From: an uncultured cyanobacterium
GTDB taxonomy: Bacteria > Cyanobacteriota > Cyanobacteriia > Pseudanabaenales > Pseudanabaenaceae
Direction: 5' to 3'
DNA: 64,000 bases
NCBI GenBank assembly: GCA_963703315.1
Contig: OY969811.1
Coordinates: forward strand, 2,560,001-2,624,000
Shown: positions 60,053 to 64,000 of the stretch, piece by piece
How positions within the stretch are numbered: position 1 is the first letter of the stretch
How the letters are laid out: each line of letters begins with the position of its first letter
The notes under the pieces: model-generated
Told to the model about the DNA's origin: nothing
Databases searched by the model: none
Seen by the model: only the letters and a program-made list of their open reading frames with translations
Made by a program: the position numbers and the translations under genes

Positions 60053-60646
60053 TTAGGGATTCAATTCGTTGATTACTTTGTCAGTTTTACGGAACTTTAA
60101 TTCGGGAGGAGCATCGGGTAAATGCAGCAAGTCGCGAATTGCGGTGTCTAATTCTTCAAAACCAAAAATTCCTTCTTGATCAAAAGTAACTTTGCCATCA
60201 CCTGAGATCAAAACTGTCTGTGGGACTGTCCCTTTGTAGTAATAGGCTTCTTCAGTGGGAGCATAGCTATCTTTTTGTAAGTTTAAACTATCAACAGGAA
60301 CGGCAATCAAGCTGAGTGATTTCCCATAAAATCCCTGAGCAAGGTTGAGAATTGGAGAAAATCTCTTGCAGTCAGCACTATCATCGACATAGAAAACTAA
60401 CATGGCTGCTCGCCCAATTTCAAGGGATTGGGATAAGCTAATTCGCGGTGGGACGATTGAACCATTGCCACCATAGAGAGCGAATATATTGCCATCATAG
60501 GTATCATCAGTGAGTTTTGCCTCTACAGGTTGAGCGTTACCCAATAATGCCCCTAGCATGAGGCTAAGGCTTAGAAAACTAGCGATCGCTACACAAAGTC
60601 CTAAATAAAAATATTTCTTCAGCCAATTTTTCATCATTATTATCAA
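60053..60646 (-). CDS. Thioredoxin-like thylakoid protein (photosystem I accumulation factor family)
   Basis: DD.YDGNIFALYGGNGS.VPP, FYVDDSADCK, YY.G.VPQ. Confidence 0.75.
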   Translation of the reverse strand: MIIMMKNWLKKYFYLGLCVAIASFLSLSLMLGALLGNAQPVEAKLTDDTYDGNIFALYGGNGSIVPPRISLSQSLEIGRAAMLVFYVDDSADCKRFSPILNLAQGFYGKSLSLIAVPVDSLNLQKDSYAPTEEAYYYKGTVPQTVLISGDGKVTFDQEGIFGFEELDTAIRDLLHLPDAPPELKFRKTDKVINELNP

Positions 60647-60764
60647 TATAGACTCTCAGTTATAGTTTGCATTGGCTTATCGTCCTGTAAACCATAGTTA
60701 ACAAAGCGATTATATAGCAGTAGCTAGATCTCTATAGAAAAGGCGGCGCTTTGCGCCGCCTTTT

Positions 60765-63473
60765 CTATTTCTCGGTGAGCCTCCATACGCCGTCCCAATC
60801 ATCTTCAGGAGGATGATTTAAGAAATGATGACAACGGGTAAAGTGCAGATTAGCAGCTTTGTTATGGCTATCAATGGCTAGCACCTGAGCAAACTCAGCG
60901 ACAGCTTGACTAAAGTTGCGGGAGAGATAATGCTTACGCCCTGCATGATAATGCTCAACAATTCTTGTCTGCGTCTCCGTCAGAGGATCGGACTTTAATC
61001 CCAATAACTCGTAAACACCAACGGGTTGATTTTTACCCTTGACTTGGATGCAGTCGAGTTCACGTACCCAAATGCGATCGCCACAGAGTTTATAGGTAGC
61101 TTCACTAATAATTACATCTGTACCATATTGTTTACTGGCTCCTTCTAGGCGTGAGCCAAGATTGACACCATCGCCGATCGCCGTAAATTCCATCCGTCTG
61201 GTAGAGCCAATATTGCCACTAATCACCGTGTCGGAATTAATACCGATGCCGATCTTAATGGTTGCCATATCCATCTCTTTTTGATTTTGTGGCTTTAGCT
61301 TTTCGATCCGCTTGATATTAAATTCCTGTAGGCGATGCCGCATATCGATCGCAGTTTGTACCGCCATCCATGCATGATCAGGAATTGGTAGAGGCGAACC
61401 GAATACTGCCATGATCGCATCACCGATGTATTTGTCCAGCGTGCCTTTGTAATTAAAGACAGCTTCCACCATCGTTTCAAAATACTCGTTCAGCATCATC
61501 ACCACATCTTCGGCGGCGAGGGACTCGGTCAGCGTGGTGTAGCTGCGAATATCAGAGAATAGCACCGAAACTTCTTTGCGATCGCCGCCCATCTTCGCAT
61601 CGCCACCAGCTAAAAGCTGTTCCGCCAGTTCCTGAGTCATGTAGCGGTACATCGTACTCTTGAGGCGCTTTTCTTGGCTAATGTCTTCCATGACCACTAG
61701 CGCCCCATGCACACCTTCGCCTTCATCACCTTCGGACATCGTATTGATGGAGATATTAATGCTGTGTTGTGCGCCATCGGTCGATCGCAGAGTTTGGTCT
61801 GGATAATATTGCTTGCGACTTTTTTCGTCACCACCACCTAAACTCGTCTCAAACCATTTAGTAAAGTTGGCTTTCTCAATATTCACCAGTTCGTAAACCG
61901 ATTGCCCTTCGAGGGAAGTATTACCAACACCGAGTAAATCGTAGGCACGTTCATTGGCGGCGATAATTTTGCCATGCTTATCCGTAGAAATGACCCCATC
62001 GGATAGACTGCGGAGAATATCCTTTTGCATTTGCTGTTCTTGCTTGACTTTCGCAAACAACTTGGCATTTTCTAGCGCTACACCTGCCTGCACGTTGAAG
62101 ACTTTCATGAATTCTTCGTCATTGCCATTGAAACTTGCTTTGAAGCGATCGGGGGCGGCTGGCCATGAATGGGGATCGTATTCAGGAAAATCGCCACGCT
62201 GTACTTTGTTAACTAGTTGGGTAACACCAATTAACTCTTTGTTAGAGTTAAAAATTGGCATACAAAGTAAGCTACAGGTGCGATAACCATTGGCTTGGTC
62301 AAATTTCTTAGAGTTACTAGCTTCAGGATGTTCGTAGAGGTCAAAGGGAATATTCAAGACTTCGCCTGTAATTGCCACACGCCCCGCAAAGCCAACTCCC
62401 ATTGGTACACGCAACTCTTTAGTTAAGCCATGTTGATCGACAATTTGTGTCCAGAGATCATTCTGATCGCGATCAATTAACCAGAGGGTGCTGCGATCGG
62501 CGTTCATCAGCAACTTGGCTTCATCCATTACCTTTTTCAGAGTTGCCTCTAGGTCTAAACTCTGACCCAGTGACATGGCTGCTTTCATCAAGGCATCAGC
62601 AGCACGCTGTTTTTGGGCAGCCGAATAGAAAGCCTGAGAGCTTTCTAAAATTAGGCGCATAGATGGTACAAATTGAGCGAAGAGAGCCTCATCCTTTTTG
62701 GTGAACCCAAAATTATCAACTCTCTCTTCGAGGGGGAGTGAGGGATCATCAATTCGCAGTTTATTGATTAGCTGCACTACGGCTACGAGTTGACCACTAT
62801 CACTCAAAAGCGGCATGGCGATCATGGAGTAAGTCCGATAACCTGTTCGCTCATATTGTTTTTTGGCTTGAGTCGATCGCGGATCATCAAAAAAATCGAA
62901 GGGAATATTGATGGTTTGATTAAAAGTTGCCACTTCCCCTGCGATGCTGGTTGGCTCAGTGGAAATGCGGATTTCAATATTTTTTCCGTCTTCACTAGGG
63001 ACATTTGTCCAAAGCTGGTTTTTCTCAGCATCTAATAAAAAGATAGTGGTGCGATCGGCGGATAAGAGTTCACCAACTTTGGCACGAATCGCTTGAAGCA
63101 TTTCATCAAGAATGACATCAAAGTCGGTGCTGAGCATTCCTAAAGTTTGATTGACAATCTGTAGTCTTTTCTCAACATCAGTAATGACTTTGCTAAACTT
63201 TTCAGGAGTAAGTGGCGCAAGCATGGAGGCAAAATTGCCTCCTCCTGTCACAGTTAGAGCGCTGGAATAGTTCTCAGAAATATTGCTTTCAGGGTTGTCA
63301 TGAAAACTAGATGGAGATGGGTCGTTGTGCTTGACAGATGGGAATTCACTTGAAGATTCGCTCTCTGCAATTACATCAATCGTGGCATCAATCGTGGCGG
63401 TAGTATCTACAGATGGTATGCGAGAAGGGGATGATGGTGTCATAGCAGCACTAAGATTTTCGGTTAGTCCCAA
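60765..63473 (-). CDS. GAF-GAF-PAS class III adenylate cyclase (CyaB1-type)
   Basis: Two GAF domains (ADR.T, TGY.T, LINK/LVNK), PAS, FSDIRSYT, DKYIGDA, GDGVNLGSRLE; start uncertain. Confidence 0.9.
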   Translation of the reverse strand: MGLTENLSAAMTPSSPSRIPSVDTTATIDATIDVIAESESSSEFPSVKHNDPSPSSFHDNPESNISENYSSALTVTGGGNFASMLAPLTPEKFSKVITDVEKRLQIVNQTLGMLSTDFDVILDEMLQAIRAKVGELLSADRTTIFLLDAEKNQLWTNVPSEDGKNIEIRISTEPTSIAGEVATFNQTINIPFDFFDDPRSTQAKKQYERTGYRTYSMIAMPLLSDSGQLVAVVQLINKLRIDDPSLPLEERVDNFGFTKKDEALFAQFVPSMRLILESSQAFYSAAQKQRAADALMKAAMSLGQSLDLEATLKKVMDEAKLLMNADRSTLWLIDRDQNDLWTQIVDQHGLTKELRVPMGVGFAGRVAITGEVLNIPFDLYEHPEASNSKKFDQANGYRTCSLLCMPIFNSNKELIGVTQLVNKVQRGDFPEYDPHSWPAAPDRFKASFNGNDEEFMKVFNVQAGVALENAKLFAKVKQEQQMQKDILRSLSDGVISTDKHGKIIAANERAYDLLGVGNTSLEGQSVYELVNIEKANFTKWFETSLGGGDEKSRKQYYPDQTLRSTDGAQHSINISINTMSEGDEGEGVHGALVVMEDISQEKRLKSTMYRYMTQELAEQLLAGGDAKMGGDRKEVSVLFSDIRSYTTLTESLAAEDVVMMLNEYFETMVEAVFNYKGTLDKYIGDAIMAVFGSPLPIPDHAWMAVQTAIDMRHRLQEFNIKRIEKLKPQNQKEMDMATIKIGIGINSDTVISGNIGSTRRMEFTAIGDGVNLGSRLEGASKQYGTDVIISEATYKLCGDRIWVRELDCIQVKGKNQPVGVYELLGLKSDPLTETQTRIVEHYHAGRKHYLSRNFSQAVAEFAQVLAIDSHNKAANLHFTRCHHFLNHPPEDDWDGVWRLTEK

Positions 63474-63664
63474 CTTTTTAAGAGCCTTGATGCTGATCTA
63501 AGTACTCTTGTTCCACTGGCATATTCACTGGCACATTTAGGTGTGAGCTTAGTACAAAGCCAACTCTAGTCAATCTAAAAAAGTTATCTTAGCATCCCTC
63601 AGATTGAGATCGCAAACCCAGATCCAAAGAGAGGGGCGGCGCTTCGCGCCGCTCATCTCTTTGG

Positions 63665-64000
63665 TCAATTACTCGCATCTTCTCTGAGACGATTAGGTGT
63701 GATTCTTGACTGAATCATGGTTACAAGTCGATCGCTAATATCTTCAGGTGTTTCCTCAGCATTGACCATAATTGAAATATCGGCTTGGGCATAGCGATCG
63801 CGCCTTTGTTCGTAGAGATCTTGCAGCCTTTGTAAGGCATTTTCAGTTTGTAAGAGTGGACGATGAGCAGATTCGTTTTTGAGCCGATCGTACAAAATCT
63901 CGACAGGCACATCAATCCAAATCACAATTCCATCATGTAAATGCGACCAATTTAGCGATCGCACCACCACGCCGCCCCCTGTGGCAACGACTAAACGGGT
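63665..64000 (-). CDS. aroK: Shikimate kinase (3' part; 5' end outside window)
   Basis: VATGGGVV, NW..L, RPLL, R...Y.QAD. Confidence 0.88.
   Translation of the reverse strand, partial: TRLVVATGGGVVVRSLNWSHLHDGIVIWIDVPVEILYDRLKNESAHRPLLQTENALQRLQDLYEQRRDRYAQADISIMVNAEETPEDISDRLVTMIQSRITPNRLREDASN

Overview
A cyanobacterial chromosomal window: HIP1 octamers (GCGATCGC) are very dense and the gene content is Pseudanabaena-like (the genus is my inference). Housekeeping genes include dacB, rlmD, argJ, comB, partial aroK, a P-type ATPase, a CyaB1-type adenylate cyclase and tRNA-Ser(TGA). These alternate with HIP1-free, probably acquired cassettes. The main accessory region (21.8-40 kb) is a SWIM / DUF5691 / MoxR-AAA / DUF5682 operon with no VWA gene in the window. 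It is split by a Type IIG (MmeI-like) RM gene, a repeat-flanked TA pair, an uncharacterised AT-rich three-gene cassette ending in a PD-(D/E)XK nuclease, and decayed TA modules; MNT-HEPN and a TPR-CHAT protein follow. Other oddities: an HTH-NACHT gene with phased 10-bp promoter repeats, a divergent unannotated 54-aa ORF and a perfect intragenic 32-bp inverted repeat; a GNAT-TrhO fusion; a histone-H1-like protein with a duplicated domain; a PARIS-like ATPase/TOPRIM pair; an IS1 with a C8 +1 frameshift that truncated a toxin; and several nested MITE/REP families. All calls come from motif recognition only; no searches were run.
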